Assembly: GCA_043813075.1 (NCBI GenBank)
Contig: JBDRLL010000010.1
Span: 1-64,000 of the forward strand
Length of the DNA: 64,000 nucleotides
Reading direction: 5' to 3'
Origin: Candidatus Altiarchaeota archaeon
GTDB lineage: Archaea; Altiarchaeota; Altiarchaeia; IMC4; SCGC-AAA252-I15
Below the pieces are notes generated by a model. It was not told where the DNA came from and made no database searches. It saw only the letters and a program-made list of their open reading frames with translations. Numbering within the stretch: the stretch's first letter is position 1; each line of letters begins with the position of its first letter. The position numbers were made by a program, and so were the translations under genes. Positions 9,291 to 19,068 of this stretch are shown here, piece by piece.

Positions 9291-9989
9291 TCACTTCCTC
9301 CTGCACACGAATATGTTCAGGAAACACCAGTTCGGGTAGGCAAGGAACGTGTTGAGGATCCTATGCCAGAAAACCATCCTGCGCGGGAACCAGTACGTCA
9401 ACAGCGACGACACCGGGAACGTCGGGAACAAACCCCTCCTATCCATTATCTCAAACTTTTCTGAAATCAGCTTCCTGTACTCGTTTATCGGCCGGTCTCC
9501 GGGATGCCGGTCGACTGTTGACGTTCTTATGAAGTCGCCGGTCATCATGAAGGATATCCTCGACAGCAGGTGCGCGAGGTTCGGTATTGTCGCGATAAGC
9601 ATGCCCCCCGGCTTCAGTATCCTATGGACTTCATCGAGGACTCTCCCGTGCTCGCACACGTTTAAGTGCTCTATGACGTCCAACAGCAGTATGAGGTCGA
9701 AGGATTCATCGTCAAAGTCGGTCCTCCTGACATCCCCCCTAACGACGAGTTCAGAATGATAGTCCGAGTCCATGCCGATGATGTCATAGCCCAAGCCCCT
9801 GTATTTCTCGACTATAACGCCCTCACCACACCCGACGTCAAGAATCTTCTTTTCCTTGGGGAATCCTGAGAGAAATTCGTCTATGAACCTGATTTTCTCC
9901 GCGTATACCGGATAGTACGTCCAGTCGTCTTTTATGTGCTTATGGTACTCCCCCTTCTCCGAGTATTCACCAGACATGACGGCGGGCAT
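9291..9989 (-). CDS. Class I SAM-dependent methyltransferase
   Basis: ILDVGCGEG, FDLILLLDVIEHL and RILKPGG motifs. Confidence 0.9.
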   Translation of the reverse strand: MPAVMSGEYSEKGEYHKHIKDDWTYYPVYAEKIRFIDEFLSGFPKEKKILDVGCGEGVIVEKYRGLGYDIIGMDSDYHSELVVRGDVRRTDFDDESFDLILLLDVIEHLNVCEHGRVLDEVHRILKPGGMLIATIPNLAHLLSRISFMMTGDFIRTSTVDRHPGDRPINEYRKLISEKFEIMDRRGLFPTFPVSSLLTYWFPRRMVFWHRILNTFLAYPNWCFLNIFVCRRK

Positions 9990-10050
9990 GTGAATTCATC
10001 CATCCTGTTTTTGTATTTACAATATGGTCGTATGCATATAAACCGGAACG

Positions 10051-11466
10051 TCACCCAGCCTTCCTGTAGACCCTGACCCCATCGTACTCCATGACCAAGG
10101 CAAACCTGTTGGCGGTTAACACATCATCCACCCTATCGTCCCCAGCTATCAGGTAGTTTATCCCATCCTCCGCCAGCACCTGATCCAGCGGACTACACTG
10201 GAATCCGATCAAGTCCATGCTCGGCCTGCCGCAGTCAACCATCTCGAGCCCAGGGTCCATAGCCCTCTCAGAGATGAATACCGCCGGTATCTTCCTGTTG
10301 AGGTAAGTGTATGCCCCTGACTCGAACCACGGCATGGTGTACGCGACTCCCATCGAGTCCGCCTGCAATCCAACATACTCCATAGCCTGCATGTTGCCCC
10401 AATAGTCATCCCACCCGATGTCTGACGAAGTGTATGCCCCCTGCAGTACCGTGAGGGCTAGTAGGCCATAGGCGAGCGTCCTCCCGTTAGCCTCAATGAA
10501 CTTCTCCATGCCCCTTCCCGCAATGATGAACAGCAATGGGAGTGCAGGCACCATGAACCTCATCTCCTTGTGGGGGACCAGGGAATATGCGAGGAAGAAG
10601 AACACCAGGCTCATGGAGAGGAATATGAATCCCGGCTTCCTCTCCACCGCGTAAGGCAGCAGGAAGAGGCAGGACATGTGTAATGCAAGCACTACCACAT
10701 AGAAGTATGGCGGATGCGTCCCGAATAGGCTGGACTTGGAGTGATACAGGTTCTGGGATACAAACGATATGGGCGAATGCAGGAACGAACCCCACGTTAT
10801 GTAGTCCAGCACCCCCTGCAGCGCGAGCATGACTACCATGCCGCGAACAAAGAACCCTATGTTCTTGTATTTCTTACCTGCCAGAGTGAAGAGCGTCAGG
10901 GGGACTATGAACAGCATGGAGTCGAACCTGAACATGAATGCAACGCCCATGCTTATGCCTGAAATGAAGTAATTGTTTCCAGAGCCCTCGTTCCAGGCCC
11001 TATAAAACAGGAGCATGGAGAGCGTCGTGAACAGTGTTGCGGGTATGGTGCTGCTGGTGTCCGCACTCCACACCCAGAGCAGGCCGGAGAACACCCCGAA
11101 AAACAGGGAGTAAAAACCAGCCTTCCTCCCGTAGACGACTGAGGACGCCTCATAGATTATGTACAGCAGGGCCATAGAGCAGATGGTGATAATAATCCTG
11201 TTGATGAAGACAATCGAGTTCACGCCAGTAAAACCAATGTTAAAACCGAGCTTGAATACCAATGCTATGAGTGTTGGCTGGAGCATGGACCGCATGCCGT
11301 GAACGTACTCCCATGGAACGAAGCCATACCCGAACACCATCCGGTGGGCCGGCTCGAGGAGCTGGTAGAGGTTGTCGAAATGCATCATGCCCCTCGTACG
11401 GGTTAAGGCGTAGAGCCTTGAAGCAAACCCTATCAACACAAGGAATCTAACCCTCTTATCCATCAT
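10051..11466 (-). CDS. Alg9/PIG-B-like (GT22) membrane mannosyltransferase
   Basis: YQLLEPAH, PWEY..GMRS and PHKEMRF motifs; multiple TMs. Confidence 0.8.
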   Translation of the reverse strand: MMDKRVRFLVLIGFASRLYALTRTRGMMHFDNLYQLLEPAHRMVFGYGFVPWEYVHGMRSMLQPTLIALVFKLGFNIGFTGVNSIVFINRIIITICSMALLYIIYEASSVVYGRKAGFYSLFFGVFSGLLWVWSADTSSTIPATLFTTLSMLLFYRAWNEGSGNNYFISGISMGVAFMFRFDSMLFIVPLTLFTLAGKKYKNIGFFVRGMVVMLALQGVLDYITWGSFLHSPISFVSQNLYHSKSSLFGTHPPYFYVVVLALHMSCLFLLPYAVERKPGFIFLSMSLVFFFLAYSLVPHKEMRFMVPALPLLFIIAGRGMEKFIEANGRTLAYGLLALTVLQGAYTSSDIGWDDYWGNMQAMEYVGLQADSMGVAYTMPWFESGAYTYLNRKIPAVFISERAMDPGLEMVDCGRPSMDLIGFQCSPLDQVLAEDGINYLIAGDDRVDDVLTANRFALVMEYDGVRVYRKAG

Positions 11467-13385
11467 CCCACACGCTTTCTCAACTCAAGGACCCTAAGCT
11501 CCCCAGTCCTCTTCTCAACAATCCTGTGCTTGCTGAAAATCCTGTCCACCCGCTTAATCCACGGGCCACTGGTGAACCCCATCCTGCCGACATAATCGTT
11601 CTCAAACATCTCCGCCACTACATACACTGGCACGCCTTTCCTAACGTAATAGTCCGCCAGCCTGCCGGCATCCCTGGAATTGTCTCGCCCAGCGTCGGCA
11701 ATCCTCACCCTCCTCCCAGCCTTCACCAGTCCAATGTAGTTCACGTTCATCGAACCGTGGAACAAGACCAGTGAATCCTCCCTTATGAAGCCGAGTCCGC
11801 CGGCAGCCATCGAAGTGAACGTCCTGACGTGAATCCCGTTCGCCACCTCAAACGCATTCACAACAAAACCATACGCGATGGAGACGACGACAAATAACGT
11901 AAAAACGGTTTTGAAGGCCCTCAAACCTCTCGCGGCAGGGTAAGCCAATGCCATGAGCATCGTTGAGATGATCAGGGGTAATGTCCTATTGTAAAACCCG
12001 CCTTCAAGGAGTATCCCTCCACCATACGGTATGAACGGCAGGAAGATGAATGCCAGGGAAGAAAGGCACCAGCCCGCAAGCAAACGCCTACCCATGCCCC
12101 TGAACACATTCACTAGAACATAGGCGACGAGAACGCTCATGTAAGGGAGTGACTGGAGGAAATACCTCATCAAGTGGGTCAGGCCCCCGTGCTGGTTGAC
12201 TCTCCCAGAGAAAAACAGCACTTCAGTGAACGACAGGAGGGTTAGCAGCAGGAATGCGCTCTTCCCCTCGTTCTTCCTCACCCAGACTATCCCTGGGACC
12301 GCTAGCACAAGTATCGGGGAAGCCTGCAGGAGCGACTTCTTCACTGCCGAAACCTTCACGCCGTCAACAGGGAACCTGGATATGTCAACGACCTCTGAAA
12401 ACAAGACTCTGATGGATGTCGAGGCATGGCCTATGAACCCGGCATCAATGACGTAGAAGCATGCTAGGACTGCAAGCAACACACTCAGCGTAATGCCTCC
12501 CGCATGCTCTTCGCCCAACACCCTTCCAGCCGCGTGGGGCAGAACAATCGCCAGAAAAGCCAGTATGAAGAACTGGAAGTACATGTAACCGCCGAAGTCT
12601 CCACCCATCTCGCTGTATCCTGAACTGAAAAAGCTCCCGTAAGACATCCAGCTCACTACTGAGAGGCCCAGCAAAGGCAAGAAAGTGCCCGCCATGAACA
12701 AGGCCGGCAGTCTCCTGGACTTGGACTCAAGGAGCACGTGGAAGAAGACTACTCCAGTGAACAAGACCGCCTGATACCTGACCCCAATAGCTGACGCGGA
12801 AACGAATCCCGCCAAAAACATTGCCTTGACACCCCCTGCGGAAAGGCTTCTGACAGCCAGGTAAACGGAAGACGACACGAGAAACACGGTGAGCGAGTGG
12901 GGCCACAAGTCCACCGCAAACCTTATGGAGTACGTTGATGTAACATACACGACTAATGCCGTGAGCGACACTAACTCGTCTTTGAGGAGAATCCTTACCG
13001 TATGGTAGACGCAAATCATCGTCCCGCAGAATGCAATAAGGTTCAGCATGAACAGGCCGTAGACTCCTGCTATGATGTAGAACGGGGATGCGATCACCGC
13101 GTAAATGTGCGGGTATTGGGGGTAAAGCCTTCCGTCATGCGCGTCAACAGCCTCGATGAACTCTAGCTCGACACTATCATACTCCATCCCGTTCCATATG
13201 CTCAGGGAATGGTCTCTGACAAGCGAGTCCACCATCAGCAGGTAGACTGACTCGTCGTTGATGTATAATCCGGTCCTGACTGCGGGCGCGAGGACTATCA
13301 GTGTGAGGATGACGAGCGCATAGAAGAGTAGGTCGTGCTTGTTGTTCCTGCAGAAGATGTCTAACTCACCAGGATTGAGCTTCAT
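11463..13385 (-). CDS. GT-C/ArnT-like membrane glycosyltransferase
   Basis: INDE acidic motif after TM1, YPQYP loop, about 12 TMs. Confidence 0.65.
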   Translation of the reverse strand: MKLNPGELDIFCRNNKHDLLFYALVILTLIVLAPAVRTGLYINDESVYLLMVDSLVRDHSLSIWNGMEYDSVELEFIEAVDAHDGRLYPQYPHIYAVIASPFYIIAGVYGLFMLNLIAFCGTMICVYHTVRILLKDELVSLTALVVYVTSTYSIRFAVDLWPHSLTVFLVSSSVYLAVRSLSAGGVKAMFLAGFVSASAIGVRYQAVLFTGVVFFHVLLESKSRRLPALFMAGTFLPLLGLSVVSWMSYGSFFSSGYSEMGGDFGGYMYFQFFILAFLAIVLPHAAGRVLGEEHAGGITLSVLLAVLACFYVIDAGFIGHASTSIRVLFSEVVDISRFPVDGVKVSAVKKSLLQASPILVLAVPGIVWVRKNEGKSAFLLLTLLSFTEVLFFSGRVNQHGGLTHLMRYFLQSLPYMSVLVAYVLVNVFRGMGRRLLAGWCLSSLAFIFLPFIPYGGGILLEGGFYNRTLPLIISTMLMALAYPAARGLRAFKTVFTLFVVVSIAYGFVVNAFEVANGIHVRTFTSMAAGGLGFIREDSLVLFHGSMNVNYIGLVKAGRRVRIADAGRDNSRDAGRLADYYVRKGVPVYVVAEMFENDYVGRMGFTSGPWIKRVDRIFSKHRIVEKRTGELRVLELRKRVG

Positions 13386-13428
13386 ATCGGTTATTATTGT
13401 TCATACCTCTAATAATATACCGGTTCAA

Positions 13429-14283
13429 ATGCCAGAGATAAGCGTCATAATACCAGTATTCAACGAAGAACAGGCTGTTGGGGGTGTGATAGACGAGCTA
13501 GTCAAAACACTCGCCCGCCTCCCTGTTGAATACGAGATAATAGCAGTAGACGACGGTTCCACGGACGATACGAAGACTATACTCAAGGCACGGGGGGTCG
13601 ATATACTGGAACACGTCTACAACATGGGGTATGGCGCATCCATAAAGACTGGTCTAAGACATGCTTCAGGCAGCAAGGTGCTGATAATCGACGGCGACGG
13701 CACATACCCTCCTGGGGAGATAGCAAAACTCTTTGAACACAAGGACGACTACGACATGGTGGTTGGCTCGCGGACAGGAGATAGCGTGAATGTGGAGGCT
13801 TACCGCAAGCCGGCGAAATTCATATTAAACCAGCTCGCCAACTACCTTTCAGGGGTCAAGATACCTGACCTCAACTCAGGCCTACGGATAATCAGCAGGG
13901 AGAAGGCGCTAGAGTTCCTAGAACTGTGCCCGTCAGGATTCTCATTCACAACGACAATAACGCTCGCATTCCTTTCGAACGACTATACCGTGAAATACGT
14001 TCCGATAAACTACGGGCGCCGGGTTGGCGAGTCGAAGATACGCCCCATACGGGACGGCATGAACTTCATGATACTCATAATACGGTCCATAGTCTACTTC
14101 AACCCGTTAAAAGTTTTCCTGCCTGTTTCCGCACTCCTATTCACCGCCAGCCTAGCAGTGTTCCTATACAGCTGGGTGATACTCGGCAGGGTTATGGACA
14201 TAACAGTCACAGTAATCCTAATGTCCTCCGTTCAGGTCGCATTGTTCGGTCTTCTAGCCGACATGCTCGCGAAGAAGAAGTAA
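13429..14283 (+). CDS. GT2 glycosyltransferase
   Basis: SVIIPVFNEE, VDDGSTD, NMGYG, IDGDGTY and DLNSG motifs; ATG at 13429. Confidence 0.92.
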   Translation: MPEISVIIPVFNEEQAVGGVIDELVKTLARLPVEYEIIAVDDGSTDDTKTILKARGVDILEHVYNMGYGASIKTGLRHASGSKVLIIDGDGTYPPGEIAKLFEHKDDYDMVVGSRTGDSVNVEAYRKPAKFILNQLANYLSGVKIPDLNSGLRIISREKALEFLELCPSGFSFTTTITLAFLSNDYTVKYVPINYGRRVGESKIRPIRDGMNFMILIIRSIVYFNPLKVFLPVSALLFTASLAVFLYSWVILGRVMDITVTVILMSSVQVALFGLLADMLAKKK

Positions 14284-14284
14284 G

Positions 14285-15700
14285 ATGAAGGTTCTACTAG
14301 TAAACCCTCCGACAGACAACATGATACAGCCTGAAGTACCCTCCGTCGTGAACGAGGAGAGGGGCTTCAACCCGCCCCTCGGCCTCCTATACGTCGCCTC
14401 AACACTCTTGCGTGAAGGCCATGAGGTGGGCGTCTTCGACATGCCGACTGAGGGTGCTGGTCACGGAGAACTGGAGGCCCGTCTAGAACGGGACAAGCCG
14501 GACGTGGTGGGGTTCACTGTCATGTCCTTCACGTTGATAGACGTCATGATAGCCAGCAAGACGGTTAAGGAATACGACAGCAGGATTAAGGTGGTGTGGG
14601 GGGGACCCCACGTCAACATATACCCTGAGGAGTCTGCCAGGCTTCCTGACGTGGATTACATAGCGCTGGGTGAGGGCGAGCTTACGATGCCGCGGCTGCT
14701 AGACGGCATGGGCGACACCAGAAGGCTGCAGGAGTCGGCGGGAATCGTATTCAAGAAAGACGGGAGAGTCGTGAACACGGGGAACCCGTGGTTCATAAAC
14801 AACCTTGATGGAATACCCTTCCCAGCCAGGCGGCTGACGCCCTACAAAAAGTATTCCTCACTGCTAGCGAAGAGGAGTCCGATAACGACCATGATAACCA
14901 GCAGGGGATGCCCCGACAAATGCCTCTTCTGCGACAGGCCGCATCTAGGCAAGATGTTCCGGGCCAGGTCAGCCAGGAATGTTGTGGACGAGATGCAGGA
15001 GTGCTTTGACATGGGGGTGCGGGAATTCCTGATATACGACGACACGTTCACCATAGACCGCCAAAGGGTCCTCGAGATATGCGGTGAAATACGGGAACGC
15101 GGCCTCGACATAGGATGGGACGTCCGCGCCAGAGTCAACACCGTAGACAAAGAGATGCTCAAGACGATGAGGGAGGCTGGGTGCGAGCGCATACACTTCG
15201 GCGTCGAAGCAGGGAACGAGGAGATACTCCGGATACTCCGTAAGGGGATAACCCGGGAGCAGGCTGTCTCAGCCTTCAAGGACGCGAGAGACGCGGGCAT
15301 GGAGACTCTCGCCTACTTCATGATAGGCTCACCAAGGGAGACGAGGGATACGATAAAAGAGTCCATAGAATTCGCAAAGCAGTTGAAGCCGGACTACGTC
15401 CACTTCAGCGTCACAACACCCTTCCCAGGCACAGACCTCTACCGTATGGGCCTTGACGAGGGAGTGTTGGAGAGGGACTTCTGGCGGGAGTTCGCCGTAG
15501 ACCCGACTCCAGGATACACGCCGCCCCTATGGGAGGAGAACATGCGCCGTGAGGAGCTCATATCACTACTCAACCTAGCCTACAAATCATTCTACACGAG
15601 GCCATCCTACGCGGTCAAGGAACTGATGCGTGTCCGGTCTCCAGCAGAGTTATTCCGCAAAATCAAGGCGGGCGTTAAACTAGTTGCCAGAGTGTTTTAG
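14285..15700 (+). CDS. B12-binding-domain radical SAM protein
   Basis: PPLGLLY, WGGPH, GEGE and SRGCPDKCLFC (CxxxCxxC) motifs. Confidence 0.92.
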   Translation: MKVLLVNPPTDNMIQPEVPSVVNEERGFNPPLGLLYVASTLLREGHEVGVFDMPTEGAGHGELEARLERDKPDVVGFTVMSFTLIDVMIASKTVKEYDSRIKVVWGGPHVNIYPEESARLPDVDYIALGEGELTMPRLLDGMGDTRRLQESAGIVFKKDGRVVNTGNPWFINNLDGIPFPARRLTPYKKYSSLLAKRSPITTMITSRGCPDKCLFCDRPHLGKMFRARSARNVVDEMQECFDMGVREFLIYDDTFTIDRQRVLEICGEIRERGLDIGWDVRARVNTVDKEMLKTMREAGCERIHFGVEAGNEEILRILRKGITREQAVSAFKDARDAGMETLAYFMIGSPRETRDTIKESIEFAKQLKPDYVHFSVTTPFPGTDLYRMGLDEGVLERDFWREFAVDPTPGYTPPLWEENMRREELISLLNLAYKSFYTRPSYAVKELMRVRSPAELFRKIKAGVKLVARVF

Positions 15701-17341
15701 ATGAACGCATCCAGGGGAAAGACTCCCACCACATGGCTGGCGGCATTGCTGCTGCTTGCGCTGGCGTTAAGGACGACGGGCATAGGACACCCATTCTACT
15801 CCAATGACCCGGCGGAGATAGCGTTATACTCCACAGTATACTACCCCTCGTCTCCAGGCGGATTGATGAAGGCCTTCGGGTTCTACCATGGGGCAGGGGA
15901 GCTCCTATTCGGCTTCGCAATACTCTGGGTGTACGGACTCCTGGGACTACACGTCACGGAGTTCATGTGGAACCTGCCGTACGCTATAATCGGCACCCTA
16001 ACAGTGCTCACGTCATACTATCTTGTGCTACTGTTCACGCGACGAAAGAGCACCGCACTGACCGCGGCATTGTTCATAGCACTCTACCCACTCCACGTGG
16101 GTGTCTCAAGGGGATCGGGATACGGCCACCACACCATCCCACTATTCCTACAGACCCTCGCAATCATCTCCGCGCACTACTACTATTCACGGCCGAACGG
16201 GAGGCGCGCTCTCCTACTCTCCACGATACTGGCCCTAGAGATACTCTTTGACCTCATATTCCCCTTCATACTTCCGCTAGTGCTATACGTGGGGATGATG
16301 ACGTCGAAAGAAAAGAATCTAATCCAGCAATCAGCCGCGTCCCTCAGAAAGCTTTTGATGCCTGAATTCATCCTACCCTCTCTAGTCCTGCTGGTGAAAG
16401 TCTACTTCCTCCTCAACGCAACAGGCTCAATGGTATACGTGCTCGCGAGGCCGGACGTAATGCTGGGATTCTACCCCCTACACTTCATCATAAACCTGTC
16501 CTACTACCTCAATCCAATCGTGCTGGCGGCATGCCTAGCCTCCCTCGCGCACAATGTAAAAAACCTTTCAAGGGACGGTGCTAGGCTATTCCCGGCATGG
16601 GCGGTCATCTACTCGACCCCCCTCATCTTCATGTTCGGGAGGTGCGTGACTATGCACGCGCTCTCGCCCACGGTGCCACTGCTGATTGCTCTTGCAGTGG
16701 CTGTAAACGATGAGGGAATACTATCAAAGAAAAACCGCATACTGGCAGTATCAATACTGTCCGCGCTCCTACTCGCAGGCACGCTCGCCTCAGTATACCG
16801 GGTGCCTGGCATACCCCTCCAGGATTCATTAGGGAAAATATACTGCAGCAGCACAGTCACCTCCACGTGCAGGCTCAACGTGTGCACCAGCGTGTATGCG
16901 GGAAGAGTATATGGCGACGAGGGGTATAAGGCCGCCGGATACTGGCTCCGTGAGAATACTCCCAGGAACGCTATAGTCTTCAGCGACACCTACGGGCTGG
17001 TGATGGGCAAGAGGAAGAACGTGAAGTACTACACACAACGAAGGCTGGAAGGACTCAACGTAGGCTCACGGAAGTCCATGCTGCGGATATACGGGTCAAA
17101 CAAGAGCAGTTACGACGCACTCCTCATACGGCCTCGGAATGTAGGGCTCTTCAAGGGGTTGGGTCGCTTCCACAAGACTCTCGCAATAACGTCGGGAGGC
17201 AAGACAGTGTTGTTCATCTACACCCGCGAGAAACACTACTCCAACACCCTCCCGGTGAATGCCAGGTTCTACAACGCACTATTCGACCGCAAGTACGCTA
17301 CACCAGAGCAGCTTGCCAGATACCCGGAGGTGCCTGATTGA
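15701..17341 (+). CDS. GT-C/ArnT-like membrane glycosyltransferase (paralog of next gene)
   Basis: Multi-TM; shares FGFYHGAG, TEFMWNLPYA and DEGYKAAGYW with 17338..19062. Confidence 0.7.
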   Translation: MNASRGKTPTTWLAALLLLALALRTTGIGHPFYSNDPAEIALYSTVYYPSSPGGLMKAFGFYHGAGELLFGFAILWVYGLLGLHVTEFMWNLPYAIIGTLTVLTSYYLVLLFTRRKSTALTAALFIALYPLHVGVSRGSGYGHHTIPLFLQTLAIISAHYYYSRPNGRRALLLSTILALEILFDLIFPFILPLVLYVGMMTSKEKNLIQQSAASLRKLLMPEFILPSLVLLVKVYFLLNATGSMVYVLARPDVMLGFYPLHFIINLSYYLNPIVLAACLASLAHNVKNLSRDGARLFPAWAVIYSTPLIFMFGRCVTMHALSPTVPLLIALAVAVNDEGILSKKNRILAVSILSALLLAGTLASVYRVPGIPLQDSLGKIYCSSTVTSTCRLNVCTSVYAGRVYGDEGYKAAGYWLRENTPRNAIVFSDTYGLVMGKRKNVKYYTQRRLEGLNVGSRKSMLRIYGSNKSSYDALLIRPRNVGLFKGLGRFHKTLAITSGGKTVLFIYTREKHYSNTLPVNARFYNALFDRKYATPEQLARYPEVPD

Positions 17342-19062
17342 AGAATGATCGGCGATATCTCCTGGCTTTCATCCTGCTACTCGCATTCATCACCCGCTCC
17401 TACGGCATAGGCACGCCATTCCTGAAGAACGACTCCACAGAGATAGCATTCTACGTCAGCAAATACTACCCCCAGTCGATGGGAGACCTAACCAGGGCAT
17501 TCGGATTCTACCATGGCGCAGGCAACGTGTTCCTGGGATACGCGATAGCCTGGCTCTACAAGGCCCTCAGCATCCCACTCACTGAATTCATGTGGAATCT
17601 ACCATACGCCCTCATAGGGACCAGCACAATACTCGCGGTTTACATAACCACACTACACTTCACCAAAAACGAGAACACCGCACTAACATCATCACTGCTG
17701 CTATCACTGTACCCGCTCCACATCGGATACTCCAGGGTCTCAGGCTACAGCGAAGGCAACATCGGGCTGCTCCTGCAGCTCGCCACCATAACACTGTTCC
17801 ACAAGCACTACTCGAAGCCCACCGGCAAGACCGCTATCGCTGCCGCAATATCACTCGCAATGCTCGCGCTATCAGACATGTTCTCCCCCATGATATTCCC
17901 ACTCATACTCTACATCGGCATATCCGCTTCAGAAGGGAAAACCATGGCCGACTCACTGAAGACCGCTATCCGGAAGACCATGCGCCCAGAGTTCACGATA
18001 CCCCTCCTAGCCATACTGCTAAACTCTGCAGTACTCCTCGGATACCTGCAGAACCCCACGACACCATCCATAACAGCAGGACCACTAATGCACGTCCTAG
18101 ACCGGCCTGACGTCGTGCTAGGATTCTACCCGAAGACCTACGCCATAAACCTCCTCTACTTCATGGGCCCCATAATGTTCCTCGCAGGAATAGTGTCCCT
18201 CACCCACCTCGCCAGAAGGTTCTTCCTTCGCGACGGCAGCAACGTTATAATAGCGTGGTTCACTGCGTACTCGCTGCCATTCCTATTCATGTTCCCCCGG
18301 TGTGTCACAACCTACACGCTCTTCCCCTCAACGCCATTGATGATCCTCACAAGCATCGCTTTGACGCAGCTTCTCGAATCAGGTAAAAGACGAATAAGAT
18401 ACTCTGCGATAACCCTAATCACGGTCATATGCCTATCCCTGCTAGCCAACGACATGTACGCGCTATATAATGTGTGGGAGCATCCGTTCAAAGATTATGC
18501 CGCCAGCCTCTACTGCACCACCATATTCTCCTCATGCCGTTTCACCCCATGCCAACTGCCGATGATAGGCAAGATGCTTCCAGACGAAGGCTACAAGGCC
18601 GCGGGATACTGGATACGTAAAAACACCCGCGAAGACTCCACAATCCTCGACCTGGAGGGCAGGTGGATTTCACGCCGGAAAAGCATCCTATACTACACTC
18701 GAAGACAGCTAGCCGGATGCCTACGGGCCGGGGATTCAGGGGACTGCTCGCCTGAAGTACTGGCTCCATCAATCGGCGGGATAGATGTCGTCCTCAGCAG
18801 CCCGTCCACCGACTTCATGGAAACCCACTACAAGAAATTCCACAAGACTCTTCAGGTAATGGACGGAGTGGAAAAAATCCTAAACGTGTACACGAGGGAG
18901 AGACACTACGACAAGACCCTTCTAGTGCAGGCCTCGGAATACAACCGCCTATACGACATGGAATACGCTGACCCAAGCCTGGTCATAGACGCGGACATGC
19001 GTTCAGACGTCCATATTTTTACGGCAGACGGTAATATAACTATCCCCTCATACTTCCAATAA
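17338..19062 (+). CDS. GT-C/ArnT-like membrane glycosyltransferase (tandem paralog)
   Basis: Same shared motifs as the previous gene; TTG start overlaps the previous stop. Confidence 0.7.
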   Translation: MKNDRRYLLAFILLLAFITRSYGIGTPFLKNDSTEIAFYVSKYYPQSMGDLTRAFGFYHGAGNVFLGYAIAWLYKALSIPLTEFMWNLPYALIGTSTILAVYITTLHFTKNENTALTSSLLLSLYPLHIGYSRVSGYSEGNIGLLLQLATITLFHKHYSKPTGKTAIAAAISLAMLALSDMFSPMIFPLILYIGISASEGKTMADSLKTAIRKTMRPEFTIPLLAILLNSAVLLGYLQNPTTPSITAGPLMHVLDRPDVVLGFYPKTYAINLLYFMGPIMFLAGIVSLTHLARRFFLRDGSNVIIAWFTAYSLPFLFMFPRCVTTYTLFPSTPLMILTSIALTQLLESGKRRIRYSAITLITVICLSLLANDMYALYNVWEHPFKDYAASLYCTTIFSSCRFTPCQLPMIGKMLPDEGYKAAGYWIRKNTREDSTILDLEGRWISRRKSILYYTRRQLAGCLRAGDSGDCSPEVLAPSIGGIDVVLSSPSTDFMETHYKKFHKTLQVMDGVEKILNVYTRERHYDKTLLVQASEYNRLYDMEYADPSLVIDADMRSDVHIFTADGNITIPSYFQ

Positions 19063-19068
19063 CAAAAG

